From NCBI GenBank assembly GCA_951406725.2, contig OX597822.1, positions 40,362,001 through 40,426,000 of the forward strand: a DNA stretch of 64,000 bases, in the 5' to 3' direction. The position numbers and the translations under genes are program-made. Shown here piece by piece: positions 1-11,875 of this stretch; position 1 is the first letter of the stretch; each line of letters starts with the position of its first letter. The notes below the pieces were generated by a model that made no database searches, was not told the origin of the DNA, and saw only the letters and a list, made by a program, of their open reading frames with translations. Source of the DNA: Octopus vulgaris (Eukaryota).

Positions 1-319
1 AGTGTCTTGCTCAAGAACACAACACACAGCTCGGTCCGGCAATCGAAATCAATGCCTTATGATTCTGAACCCGATGCTCTAACCACTAAGCTGTGCGCTC
101 TAAACACTTGTACAAAATGAGCACCACTCTCTGAGTCCTAGTGACCTGCCAAAGCGTGATGAAAATCATGTGAAGCTGCAAGATTTACATCAAAGTGCCT
201 TTCTCCTAGAAGGATGCTGTCACAGCAGCTAGGGGTCTCTCTCTCCTCAAAACCCTAGAACTGAACCAGAGCGCTACAACCAGAGGCAGCTTAAAACTAT
301 ACCCATTTATCTCCCTACA

Positions 320-623
320 CGGTCTCTGACTCAATACAGAGGCCTACATAAAGCGCCTGGAGAAAGTAGTGCTGTCCTGTACCAAGGTGGTGGTTGCTGG
401 AAGACACCAAGAGGAACTGAAGGCAAGGATTATGACATCATTCACCAACTTAAACAAGGAGACCATCAAGAAGAGTTGCAGATTCCGAAGTCATCCGTAG
501 TTGAAGCCAATGGTAATTTTATTGAAGAAATTTACATTTTAGTGTTTCAAGACATTTTTATGTAATTTTGAAAAATATATCAGTTGAAATGAGATGTGAG
601 TATTATTTTTGCATTATTTAGAC

Positions 624-628
<5 letters not shown>
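320..628 (+). mobile_element. Tc1/mariner-superfamily (maT/rosa-like) transposase remnant
   Basis: Decayed translation LNTEAYIKRLEKVVL...EELKARIMTSFTNLNKETIKKSCRFRS...VVEANGNFIE resembles a transposase C-terminus. Ends in caccct + (TA)n. Confidence 0.6.
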
Positions 629-697
<69 letters not shown>

Positions 698-986
698 TAA
701 ATCCCAGGGTAGCAAAAAAAATTAAGAAAATTTCTTTGCTACCAGTGGTCTAGCGAGAAGAAAAAAACTAGTCAATAGACTATATATCATTCATATAAAA
801 ATACAGTGTACATTTAAACACATAAGAGATATGACCCGCTAGAAGGAGTAGTTAAACTCCAAACCACTGTTAGGGATAATTTCGAAAGGGAATGAAAAAT
901 ATTTCCTATACCTTCAGCAAATAAAATAATTCGTATTTATAAAATACGAATTATTTTATTTATAAAAATTTATAAAATATTTTGTG

Positions 987-1053
<67 letters not shown>

Positions 1054-1519
1054 AATTACATACATAGATACATAATGATACAACACATACATACAGAGAA
1101 TTAGAAAGAGAGAGAGAAATGGTGATGGTGGCATAGAATCCAAAAAAAAAAAAAAAAGGAATAAGAGGACGATGACAAAGCGTTGCCTGCAACGAAATCT
1201 TGGATAATGTCCAAGAACCAGGTGATGTCTGCTTCTTGTAGGCTTTAGTAGCAGACTTGGAGAGAATGGAGAAACCTCTTCAGTTGAATATTTATAACTC
1301 AATGGACATGTAGCCATCTTATTTCCTCTTGTTGTTATTATTGTTGTTGTTGTTCTTTTTTGGACACTGTCCATCCATTCTATCCAGCCACTCCTGACCA
1401 ACTCGGCAGATGGTTGCAATACTTGATCTTCTGGTGTTATTATTCTCTCTCATTCTTTCTTTCCTTCTTTTGCCTCTTTCTATATTCCTTCGTGTTTCAT
1501 TTTACCAATTTAATTACTC

Positions 1520-2165
1520 ACTAGCTGTAGTAGTAGTAGTAGTTCTGTTGATGGTTATTATTATTACTATTATTATTATTAGTAGTAGTAGTTGTTGTAG
1601 TAGTAGTAGTGGTTGTGTATAGTGATGATGGTGGCAGTGATGCTTTTCTTCGTTGTGGTGACAGTTTCAGTTGTGGTAGCAGTGGTGGTGGTGGCTGCGG
1701 TAGTAGTCATGAAAGTGGGCATGAGGATGGTGGTGTTCATGATTGTAGTAGTGGTGGCGGTAGCAGTGGTAGTAGTCATTGTAGAGGTGGTGAGGTGGGG
1801 CGGTGGTAATGATAGTAGTGACGGTGTGAATGATAGAAGTCATGGTAGAGGTGATGGTGGTGGTGGTGATAATGATAGTGGTGGCGGTATGAATGGTAGT
1901 TGTCATGGTAGTGGTGGTGGTGATAATAATAGTGGTGAGGTTGGGAGTGGTAGTAGTAATGGCAAAGGTGGTGGTGGTATTCATGGTCGCTGTGGTATGG
2001 TGATAGTAGAGGCTGCAATTGTGGTGACGGTGACAGTAGTAGTAATGATGATGATGATGGTGTTCATGATTGTAGTGGAGGTGGTGAGGTGTTGGTGATG
2101 ATGATAATGGTGATAGTGGTAATGGTGGTCGTTGTAGTCATGGGAACGATGGTGGTGATAATGTT
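1520..2165. repeat. (GGT/GTA/GAT)n low-complexity tract
   Basis: Degenerate trinucleotide repeats that produce spurious poly-V/G/T ORFs. Confidence 0.9.
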
Positions 2166-2531
2166 TTTGTTGCTAATTTTTACATTCCTGGTTTAACTGG
2201 CAAGAATTCCTGGCGTTTGCCAGGCACAATCAAGCATTCTGCCGCCACCAACAGCAACACTACTACTACTACTTCTGAAAATGATTGCTCCTAGAAACGC
2301 AAAGCTTGAAACTTTGAGGGGAGTAGAGCTAGTTAATTACCTCGATCCCAGTGTTCAAATGGCACTTTAGTTCATCGACCCTGAAGAGATGAAAGATAAA
2401 GTGAGCCATAGCGGGATTTGATCTCAAAACGTAAAGAACCGGAAAAAACGCCGCTAAGCATTTTGCCTGGCCTACTAAGGATTCTGCCAGCTCGCTGCCT
2501 CCGAAATAATAAAAACGATAATAATATAATA

Positions 2532-2692
2532 GGCGCAGGAGTGGCTGTGTGGTAAGTAGCTTGCTTACGAACCACATGGTTCCGGGTTCAGTCCTACTGC
2601 GTGACACCTAGGACAAGTGTCTTCCACTATAGCCTCGTCTCGACCAAAGCATTGTGAGAGGATTTGGTAGATGGAAACTGAAAGAAGCGCGT

Positions 2693-2735
<43 letters not shown>

Positions 2736-2946
2736 ATATGTTTGTGTGTCTGTATTTGTCTCGCCACCCAACATCGCTTCACAACCGATTCTGGTATGTT
2801 TACGTCCCCGTAACTTAGCGGTTCGGCAAAAGAGACCGATAGAATAAGTATTAGGCTTCCAAAGAATAAGTCTTGGAGTCGATTTGCTCGACTAAAGGCG
2901 GTGCTCCAGCATGGCCGCAGTCAAATGACTGAAAACAAATAAAAGA
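2532..2946 (+). mobile_element. tRNA-derived SINE family A, full length with internal (TA)n(TG)n
   Basis: A box gctgtgtggtaag, B box ggttcagtcc. Body and tail shared with 8201-8538(-) and 44672-45054(-). Partial copies at ~5000-5190, 6072-6222, 13105-13257, 36000-36440 and 38067-38230. Confidence 0.9.
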
Positions 2947-3121
2947 AAAAAAAACGAATAATAATATCAATCCATTCCTAGCGAAATCTGAAGAAGGAAT
3001 TTTTGTATTCCAAAATATTGTTAAGTTATTCTAGTCCTCTCTGCATTGTTGTGCCATTCAAGACACGTTATATTTTACAAACAATACAGAATGCGAACTA
3101 CAATACTCTCCTGTAATAATA

Positions 3122-3733
3122 ATGTTGCTTTCGAATTTTGCCACAAGGCCAGGAATTTAGGAGTTGAGGGTAAGTCGATTACATCAACCCCAGTGTTCTT
3201 CTGGTACGTATTTATCGACCCTAGAAGGATTAGAGGCAGGGTCAACCTCAGCGGAATTTGTACTCGGAACGTGAAGACGGACGAAATACCGCTAAGCATT
3301 TTGCCCGGCGTGCTATCAATTCTACCAGCACGCCGCCTTAATAATAATAATGGTTTCAAATTTTGCCACTAGGGCAGAAGATTAGTCGATTATATCGACC
3401 CCAGTATTTCACTGATACTTAAATTATCGACCCCGAAAGGATGAAATACAAAGTCGACCTCGGCACAATTGGAACTGTGAACGTAAAGACAGACGAAATA
3501 CCTATTTCTTTACTACCCACAAGGAGCTAAACACAGAGGGGACAAACAAGGACAGGCAAACGGATTAAGTCGATTATATCGACCCCAGTGTTTCACTGGC
3601 ACTTAATTTATCGATCGCGAAAGGATGAAAGGCAAAGTCGACCTCAGCGGAATTTGCACACAGAACGTAACGGCAGACGAAATACCGCTAAGCATTTCGT
3701 CTAGCGTGATAACCATCCTGCCAGCTCGCCTCC
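3122..3733 (-). mobile_element. SINE family B, tandem monomer + dimer
   Basis: Reverse complement of aaggcggcgagctggcagaa...gagttcaaattccgccgaggtcgactttgcctttcatcctttcggggtcgataa. Another minus copy at ~2295-2501. Confidence 0.88.
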
Positions 3734-3774
3734 TAAATAATGATAATAATAACAGCCACAACAACAACAACAAC

Positions 3775-3816
<42 letters not shown>

Positions 3817-4313
3817 TTAAATTTTTATTGCTACAAGTCAGTCGCGGAGACATTAAAATGACAAATCGCTAAAATTGAATAAATAAACAAACTAACGGTG
3901 GGAGTGTGTTTTACATGCAATTTGATAGGGAAACATTAAACAGAAACAAAATATGCAAATAAATGTATTTATCAGAAATATGAGTAAGACAGAGGATTCA
4001 TGTAACTCGAAAATCATTATGAAATATCCACCGAGGGAATACAGAATATTTTAGCAAAGAGTAACTGGAAACCAATAGGTTGAACCAAAAGCGGTGGTCT
4101 TAAAATGAGATTATTAAAACATGATGCAGACATTTTAGAATTTGTTGATCTTGTATGGCGAATATGACGGAATATAATTACACGAATAATAGCTAACCCT
4201 GTTTGGCCTGTTACTGATCCTACATGACCTATTACTGATATTACCAGGTCACGCTCTCACCTGCCATGGTCAATAACTGATAAGACTGGACAACATGGAA
4301 GTGTGTGTGTGTG

Positions 4314-4362
<49 letters not shown>

Positions 4363-4625
4363 TTCGCCATGATAGATCGCTAGCCACTACACATTCTTTA
4401 TTTTCTCTCCTTGTTTCTTTCTGTGTTCCTTTCTGTGGAAGAGCGTAGGTTTGAAACGTTAAAGACTTTTTCTATTCCTGAGCGTTATACTAACACATCT
4501 ATTTGTTGTCTACACCACCTGTCTTCGTCTTTTATTTGTGAATTCTCCCTATACACACATACACACACATATATATATATATGCTTTCGGTGCGAATGGT
4601 TCTTTTATACGGTGCCGTGTTTACA

Positions 4626-4910
4626 ATCCTGTAAATAATAATAATGGTATTTTCATATAAGCATAAAGCTTATGGCAATCACCGTGCAATGACTAAAGAA
4701 AATAGTCTAATAAGAGGACATATAAGTCCTCGACAGAAAAAAGAGAGAAGAGAAGGCTTTCCTATCCGCGGATAGGAAAGCTTTCTAATTTTTTTTTTTT
4801 TGTCGAGGGTTTATATGCCCTTTTATTTGATTACTTTCCTTAGTCATTGCACGGTGATCGCCATAAGCTTTAAGCTTATATGAAAATACCATTATTATTA
4901 TTTACAGGAT
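4626..4910. repeat. 285-bp near-perfect palindrome (foldback element)
   Basis: Arms atcctgtaaataataataatggtattttcatataagc... / ...gcttatatgaaaataccattattattatttacaggat. Zero-spacer centre ctttcctatccg|cggataggaaag at 4768/4769. Confidence 0.92.
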
Positions 4911-4914
4911 ACAT

Positions 4915-4947
<33 letters not shown>

Positions 4948-5458
4948 GAGACGGGCTTCTGTATATACCTTTTACCTCGTTTTCTCTCCTTATTTCATTC
5001 TTGCTTCAGTCTTTAGACTGCGGCCATACTGCAGCAACGCCTTGACGGGTGTTAGTCGAACAAATCGACTGCAGTGTTATTTTTAAATCTGGTACTTATT
5101 GTATAGGTTACTTTTGTCGAATCGCTAAGTTAATGCGAAGTAACCAAACCAACCCCGTTTGTCAAACGGTGGTGGACAACCGCAAAGACACACGCATACA
5201 CACACTTACATAAAAAACATACGTGCATGCATGTGGGTGCGCGCATGTGTGTGTGTGTGTGTATATATATACATATATTCTTTGCTTTAGTTCACTCGGT
5301 TGAAAATGAACACCAGCGGTAGGCGGAGGTTAACTCTAGGACAAACTGGTGTCTCGTTCAAGAGGGAGGGTCATGTACCCTCAATCGTTCAATCACCACG
5401 GAAACAAGCATCATCGCCATCCAATTAGGCCTAAGAACTCAAGACTAACTTTAACTAA

Positions 5459-5484
5459 TCTAATATATTAATGTGCATAGTGTT

Positions 5485-5532
<48 letters not shown>

Positions 5533-6048
5533 CAGAGAGAGAGAGAGAGAGATTTGTCCAAAATCACGGAGTAGGAGAAAAAGTAGGATAAGTGAAGGGG
5601 GAAGAGAGAAAATAGTAGTTCAGCAAAGGACAAGTAGTGAGAGTAATAACCCTGGCTGAGAGAGAGAGATAAAGAGAGAAAGGAAGTGGCAAAGAGCGCG
5701 TCGTGTATCTTCTGTTTTTCTCCGTCACAACATATGAATGAGAAAAGAAGGGGTGATAGATGAATAACGAAATCTGCGTTTCAATTCTGAGAATATATAT
5801 GTGTATGTAAAAGGGAGGTGTGTGAGCGCGCGCGCGTGTGCAATGGAAATGGGAGGGTGAACGTTCAACGCTGAAAAGAAAAATCTAACAGCATTTCAAC
5901 TCTGTGTGAGAATATGTGTGTATGTACGTGTGCGTGTACAAAGGAAGTATGTGAATGTTTGTATCTGATTATTATGTGTCTTATTTTGTACCTTATTTAT
6001 ATATAAAATACAATTAGCCGTCAGCTTTGACGGCACGGGATCAGCTAG
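5459..6048 (+). mobile_element. Non-autonomous Helitron candidate
   Basis: 3' hairpin gccgtca-gctt-tgacggc (6017-6034) then CTAG|T. Putative 5' A|TC at 5458/5459. The 5' boundary is uncertain. Confidence 0.5.
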
Positions 6049-7631
6049 TCTAATATAATAAAGAAGAGCGAAGGCATGGCTGTTTGGTTAAAAAGCTCAC
6101 TTCGCAACCCTGTAGTTTCAGGTTTAGTCCTGCGGCACCTTGGGCAAGTATCTTCTATTAACTCAAGGACTATCATTGCCTTGTGAGTGAATTCGGTAGA
6201 TGGAAACTGTGTGGAAGCCTGCCATATATAAATATATGTTCTTCTTGTTAAACTCTCACCTTACTTTTGCCATAAAAAAAATTAATACTTATTATGATGG
6301 CGGGGGGGCGGGGGGGAAGGGGACTGAATGTAGCAAGACTAATTGCTTTGGTACATTTAATTAGTGCCGTTTGCATTCCTGGTTCAAACCAAGATAACGT
6401 CAATCTTGATTGCCATTCATCAGCGTTCGGAAAACTAAATACCACCAACACATTATGACTCTTCCCTAGAAATGGGTGTCTTTCTGTCAATGTATACAGC
6501 GAGATACCAGTAATATACTGGTATTTTTTCCTAGTATCGTATCAAAATATACTGGAATATACGAGTGATATACTGGTATGGGCCATATTTCTTTTCTAGA
6601 ACTGTGTGGCCTCAGTATGCCGGACTTCGTTCTTTAATGACTTGGACGAAAGTTCTCCGTAACTCTATCAAGAGTTTTGAAACTGAATCGAAGGAGGGGA
6701 TAGCTTCAAACCGAATAAAAATATTTTCAGTAAGCTGTATCCCAATAAATGATCCCATGAATCTGATAGGGCTTGAAACAAGGTAACATTACGCCTATCA
6801 CTCAAGTGTACTTGACGAAGGATCCACAAGGGTCAGGAGACGGTGGTAGAAACAAGACATGGGTTCAGTCCACCACCTTAGCGATGTTACTTTAACGTCA
6901 GCTTGCTTAAGCCTAGGTCGGAGTGGGGATGACGGTTTGTATTTGCTACAAGGATGCCGGACGAAATGCCTTGCGGTTTTTCCTTAGTTTCACTGTTTAA
7001 ACCAAACCGGAATTGATCTGCCTTCCATACCCTCAGATTTCAATAAGAAATGATAATGTACTGCTTTCTTCTCCCCCGAGTCTACGCACCCCAACCCCTG
7101 TCCTGCAGGCGATAAATCAACTGTGATATAGAATGTAGTATTACGTGGATAAGATATAGTTTTAAGTTGAATCTCTTCAAAGTTCCTACTGAAGGCGGAG
7201 TAAACTTCGCCTTTCATCCTTGCCATGGTCGATAAAATAATATGATGGCATCAGTTTAATCAATTGTTATGACTGCCTCTCACAAATAATAAGCCTTGTG
7301 TCTTGTCAAAATTAATCACCATTAACGAATATAGATCAATAATCAATAAAACTCGAAAGAGATTTAAATGACAAAAAAACCCCTCTCATAATCATTGTCA
7401 GAATATATATTATATATTAGCAGATACACACGCGCAGACACACAAACGCAGATGTAGGCATACATATTAACATTAACGTAAACATACGCACAAATATAAA
7501 TAATTAATAAGATTAAATAAGTCCCTCATCTCATTTCTCTTCTTGTACATAGATTATACATATGTATATTATATTATGTTATATCATATCATATTATGCA
7601 TATATATATTGTGTGTGTGTGTGTGTGTGTG

Positions 7632-7669
<38 letters not shown>

Positions 7670-7674
<5 letters not shown>

Positions 7675-8120
7675 GCCACGAGGTAGCAGAATCGTTGCAC
7701 GCCGGGCAAAATGCTTAGCGGGATTTCGTGTGTCGCTACGTTCTGAGTTCATATTCCGCCGAGGTCGACTTTATCTTTCATCCTTTCGAAGTTGATAAAT
7801 TAAGTAGCAGTGGAACCCTGTGGGCGATGTAATCGACTTATTCTCTCCCACCAAATTTCAGGCCTTGTGCCTGTCGTAGAAAGGATTATTATTATTATTA
7901 TGAAGGTGGCGAGCTTGGCAGAATTGTTAGCACCCCGAGCAAAATTCTTTTGCGACATTTCGTCTGTCTTTACGTTCTGAGTTCAAATGCCGCCGAGATC
8001 GACTTTGCCTTTAATCCTTTCGGGGTCGATAAATTAAGTACCAGTTGAGTGCTGGGGTCGATGTAATCGACTTACTCCCCTCCCCCAAATTTCAAGCCTT
8101 GTACCTATAGTAGAAAGGAT
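7670..8120 (+). mobile_element. SINE family B, two tandem monomers joined by (ATT)n
   Basis: Two consecutive copies of the family B consensus, each ending gtagaaaggattatt. Confidence 0.88.
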
Positions 8121-8200
8121 TATTAGTATTACTATGTATATAATATCAGATATATATACATGAGGACACACACACACACATATACACATATATATATATA

Positions 8201-8538
8201 CTCTTTTACTCTTTTACTTGTTTCAGTCATTTGACTGCGGCCATGCTGGAGCACCGCCTTTAGTCGATCAAATCGACCCGGGGACTTATTCTTTGTAAGC
8301 CCAGTACTTATTCTATCGGTCTCTTTTGCCGAACCGTTAAGTGACGGGGACGTAAACATACCAGCATTGGTTGTCAAGCAATGCTAGGGGTACAAACACA
8401 GACACACAAACCCACACACACATATATATATATACGACAAGCTTCTTTCAGTTTCCGTCTACCAAATCCACTCACAAGGCTCTGGTCGGCCCGAGGCTAT
8501 AGAAGAAGACACTTGCCCAAGATGCCACGCAGTGGGAC
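8201..8538 (-). mobile_element. SINE family A, head truncated next to Tc1 insertion
   Basis: Reverse complement of 2590-2946. Stops at agtgggac followed by (TA)n and the Tc1 TIR. Confidence 0.88.
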
Positions 8539-8559
8539 ATATATATATATATATATATA

Positions 8560-9126
8560 CACTTGCGTCGGAAATTAATTAGCACTTCTCAAATTTCTAC
8601 ATTTTCTTACATTTTCTTAATTTAATTAACTTATTATCAGAAATGAACTCGTTTTTAATCAAAAATTTATTAAAACATATCCCAGCACACCATATAATTG
8701 TTATTAATCGTGAAATTTAGTCAATATCTTGTTGCTCCTCCTTTGGCAGCAATGACAGCTGCTACGCGGGTCGGCATGCTGTCTATGAGTGCCTGCAGGT
8801 ACTGTGCAGGGATGGCCTCTCATGCAGCAAGAAGTGCCCCAAACAGCTCGTGTCGGTTCCTGTATTGCTGCACATTCAAATCCCTACCCAATCGACTCCA
8901 GAGGTTCTCAATAGGGTTCAGGTCAGGTGACTGGCCAGCACGTACTCCTCGCCACCAAAGAGGTATCCCGTACTATCTCAACGTACTTTGCTGCGTTGAT
9001 GTTGCCTTCGACTACATAGAGCCGCCCAACACCACTGTAGCTGAACCCCCCTCACACCATCAGACCACCCCCACCATGCTTCATGGTGAGCAAATCAAGG
9101 GTGCTAATTAATTTCTGACGGTAGTG
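8560..9126 (-). mobile_element. Internally deleted Tc1 (DD34E) element
   Basis: TIRs cacttgcgtcggaaattaattagcac / gtgctaattaatttctgacggtagtg in TA context. Minus strand encodes HGGGGLMV*GGFSYSGVG and QSPDLNPIENLW...SMPTRVAAVIAAKGGATRY. Confidence 0.92.
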
Positions 9127-9179
9127 TATATAGCGAGAGAGGGACAGATGCATATTTCAATGATGATGACGATAATGAT

Positions 9180-9610
9180 GATTTCTTTTCTGAACCGCAG
9201 GGGCATTCAATAAGTGAACATTACAAACAACGGTTACGCTTCGCATGAAGGATTTGCATAAAAGTATTTGATGGGAGAAAAACTGACGGGGAGAAAGTAG
9301 ATGAAAGAATATTTCGTATTGAATATATGTGATTACATGGCGGAGACTTCAAAATGCAGAACCTCTAATTTATGTTAGTCAATGGGCTCTACAAATTCAT
9401 GTCCACTCTGAGTTTCAAGAGTACGAGCCCTCTCCCAGTTCTCATGCAATCCATAGACCTATGTTACAGTAGTTTCCCTCACACACTAACCATTTTTGTC
9501 ACAGTCACACACCTTTTGACAAATTCCACCTTCACTTTCCTTTCCAAGTGGAACATGAAAAAGTTGATGATGGCTGGGGTGAAAAAGAGAATATTTTCAA
9601 TCCTTCTATA
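9180..9610 (-). mobile_element. L1/Tx1-like LINE 3' remnant
   Basis: Minus ORF segment AIINFFMFHLERKVKVE-FVKRCVTV resembles the 'F..RW' ORF2 C-terminus of L1/Tx1. Recognition from memory, not a search. Confidence 0.45.
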
Positions 9611-9927
9611 CTTATCTGTTACATAACGCTTTCGCCTTACTTGGAATTTAACGTCCCACCTAATCGCGTAGAGTAAATTCTTTTTTACTCGGCCATTGAC
9701 GATCCACAGATGGATGAAGGCATTACCATTGCGTTGTTGGTTTATCAATGCCGGTTGTAGCTCTTCTGTCTAAGCTACCCAACTGTGGTTTGGATGTAGA
9801 GCTTTCATGGTTGGGTGATTTTTCTTGGGCATTGCTATCTTGATGGAATTAAAAAAACCTAACCGCAAGGTAACTCGCCCGACAGTCTAACAACGTTATC
9901 AGTTCATTTCCCTGCGCTGATATTGTA

Positions 9928-10484
9928 TTAGGTTGTCCTGAAAGTTCGTGCCGATTTATAGTAGCTTGCCTTTCGACTTATTTTAGAACATGGTTGAGTC
10001 CATAAACTAGGATTTGACTACACCTCCATTTAGAGCACAGTTTAAGCTATCTTTTCGTGGAAGAAGTTTTATGTTCCTATAACCTCTGTTAATTCTGTAA
10101 CTCTTTAAAATGGAAGAAAAGAAAGTTCATTTTCGGCACTTGATGCTTTGGAAACCAGACAAAAATTGCTGCAGCTCGGCTTGGATGTGTTACCCCACAT
10201 ATTCACCAGATATTCACCGGATTTCCACTTATTCAGGTCTCTGCAGAATAGTCTTAATGGTAGAAATTTCAATTCCTCGGATGACGTAAAAAGATACCTT
10301 GATGAATTCTTTGCCATGAAACCACCCCAATTCTGGGAAGAGGGTATTTTCAAGTTAAAGGAAAGACGAAGACGCATTGTGCAACAAAATGGTTCATATT
10401 TGGTCGATTAAAAATGTAATAGCAAGTATTTATTGACCTTTTTCTTTCCTTTAAAAATCGGCACGAACTTTCCGGACAACCCAA
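9928..10484 (+). mobile_element. Non-autonomous mariner deletion derivative
   Basis: 30-bp TIRs ttaggttgtcctgaaagttcgtgccgattt / aaatcggcacgaactttccggacaacccaa with TA duplication. Transposase N-terminus MEEKKVHFRHLMLW is fused to the C-terminus TRQKLLQLG...YSPD...FHLFRSLQNSL. Confidence 0.93.
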
Positions 10485-11029
10485 TATTTTATCGACCACA
10501 AACGAAAGAAAGGCAGCGGTGGATTATATCGATCCCAGTATTTGAGTACTTTTTTTTATATTATCGTCTGCAGAAGGATGGAAGGCTCTTTTGTCCTCAG
10601 TGATGAAATTTGAACTCAGAGTCTAAAGAGCTGGGAAAACTACTACTGGGCATTTTTCTCTGACGTACTAATGGTTCCGCTAACTTATCTCGACCAGTTC
10701 AACAAGAGCGCTATCTTATCGTTAATTATAATATGGCAAGGATTGCGCTGAAGTCGCATGAGAAAAATCTCTCTTCTGTATGATAAATTAAGGAATACTA
10801 TTTTTGTTGTTGCTGTTGTTTAGCTCCAGGTTAAGTAACCTTGTTAATGAAACATCAAATTCACGGCCATCTTGTCTGATTACAGATATGTAGAGCTACC
10901 TTATCTGATCTAGCATTTCAGCATAACGACGGAGTTCATTATGAGTGAGATTTGCGTGATAATTCTAACAGATCTAGCGACCATGGATTGATGTCTCGTT
11001 GGTTCGTGTTAGAATTAGTTATATTTTTT

Positions 11030-11428
11030 CTACTCTAGGCACACGATGGGGGTGGTGGCAATCGATTGGATCGACCCCAGTAAGTTTATGGTCCCCGAAA
11101 GAATGAAAGGCAAAGTCGACCTCAGCGGAATTTGAACTCAAAACATAAAGACAGACGAATTACTGCTAAACATTTCACCCGGTGCGCTAATGTTTCTTAT
11201 TTCTTTATTGCCCACAAGGGGCTAAACACGGAGAGGACAAACAAGGGCAGACAAACGGATTAAGTCAATTACATCAACCCCAGTGTGTAACTCGTACTTA
11301 ATTTATCGACCCCGTAAGGATGAAAGGCAAAGTCGACCTCAACGGAATTTGAACTTAGAACATAAAGACAGATGAAATACCTCTAAGTATTTCACCCGGC
11401 GTGCTAACGTTTCTGCCAGCTCTCCGCT
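11030..11428 (-). mobile_element. SINE family B, dimeric arrangement
   Basis: Two bodies separated by the linker tttattgcccacaaggggctaaacac. Confidence 0.85.
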
Positions 11429-11492
11429 TTAGAATTAGTTATATTACATGTTTGTCAATTCGTCTATCTACAATAAATTTGTCTATTAATCA

Positions 11493-11551
<59 letters not shown>

Positions 11552-11663
11552 TATATATGGATCTCAGTCGCTCATTTTCTCTCTGTCTCTCTCTGTATAC
11601 ATATCTCCCTCTCGTTCCATTTACCATACCTATAATCAATCTCTTTTTCTTTCTCTCCTTCAG

Positions 11664-11784
11664 TTCCGTACAGAAGAGGTCCTGGAGGAACCACCTGTGG
11701 TAGAGAATGCCACAGACATCTTCACATCCACCATCTCCTCTCTGGCCCTCAGCACACAGAACCTAACATTCATGAACGACACAG
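11664..11784 (+). CDS. SLC1A: SLC1A/EAAT transporter, first exon in window (extracellular loop; FRTEEVLEEPPVVENATDIFTSTISSLALSTQNLTFMNDT)
   Basis: Polypyrimidine tract + cag acceptor at 11661-11663, gtaagt donor at 11785. The 121 bp phase 0-to-1 exon joins in frame with the next exon (G+TG=Val). Three N-x-T sequons, as expected for the glycosylated loop of EAATs. Confidence 0.8.
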
Positions 11785-11800
11785 GTAAGTGGACGGACAC

Positions 11801-11875
<75 letters not shown>

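Noticed and set aside
694-980. Hammerhead-like motifs in a TA-flanked block (ctgaagg...gaaat on minus strand)
   Set aside because: Probably the same element class, but stems are too decayed to support a call.
970-1419. 149-aa minus ORF (MQPSAEL...MATCPLSYKY...) as a nested gene
   Set aside because: The hydrophobic part comes from a poly-A run and the end from (CA)n/(TA)n. No recognisable domain or splice partners.
1579-2098. Poly-V/G/T/H ORFs
   Set aside because: Translations of trinucleotide low-complexity DNA. The same applies to 18809-20671 and 42434-42709.
6299-6323. Potential G-quadruplex
   Set aside because: Simple G homopolymer runs with no contextual support.
1-11663. Upstream SLC1A exons (TM1-TM4a, 'NMFPxNLVxACF')
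   Set aside because: Searched by eye and not found. They presumably lie before the window.
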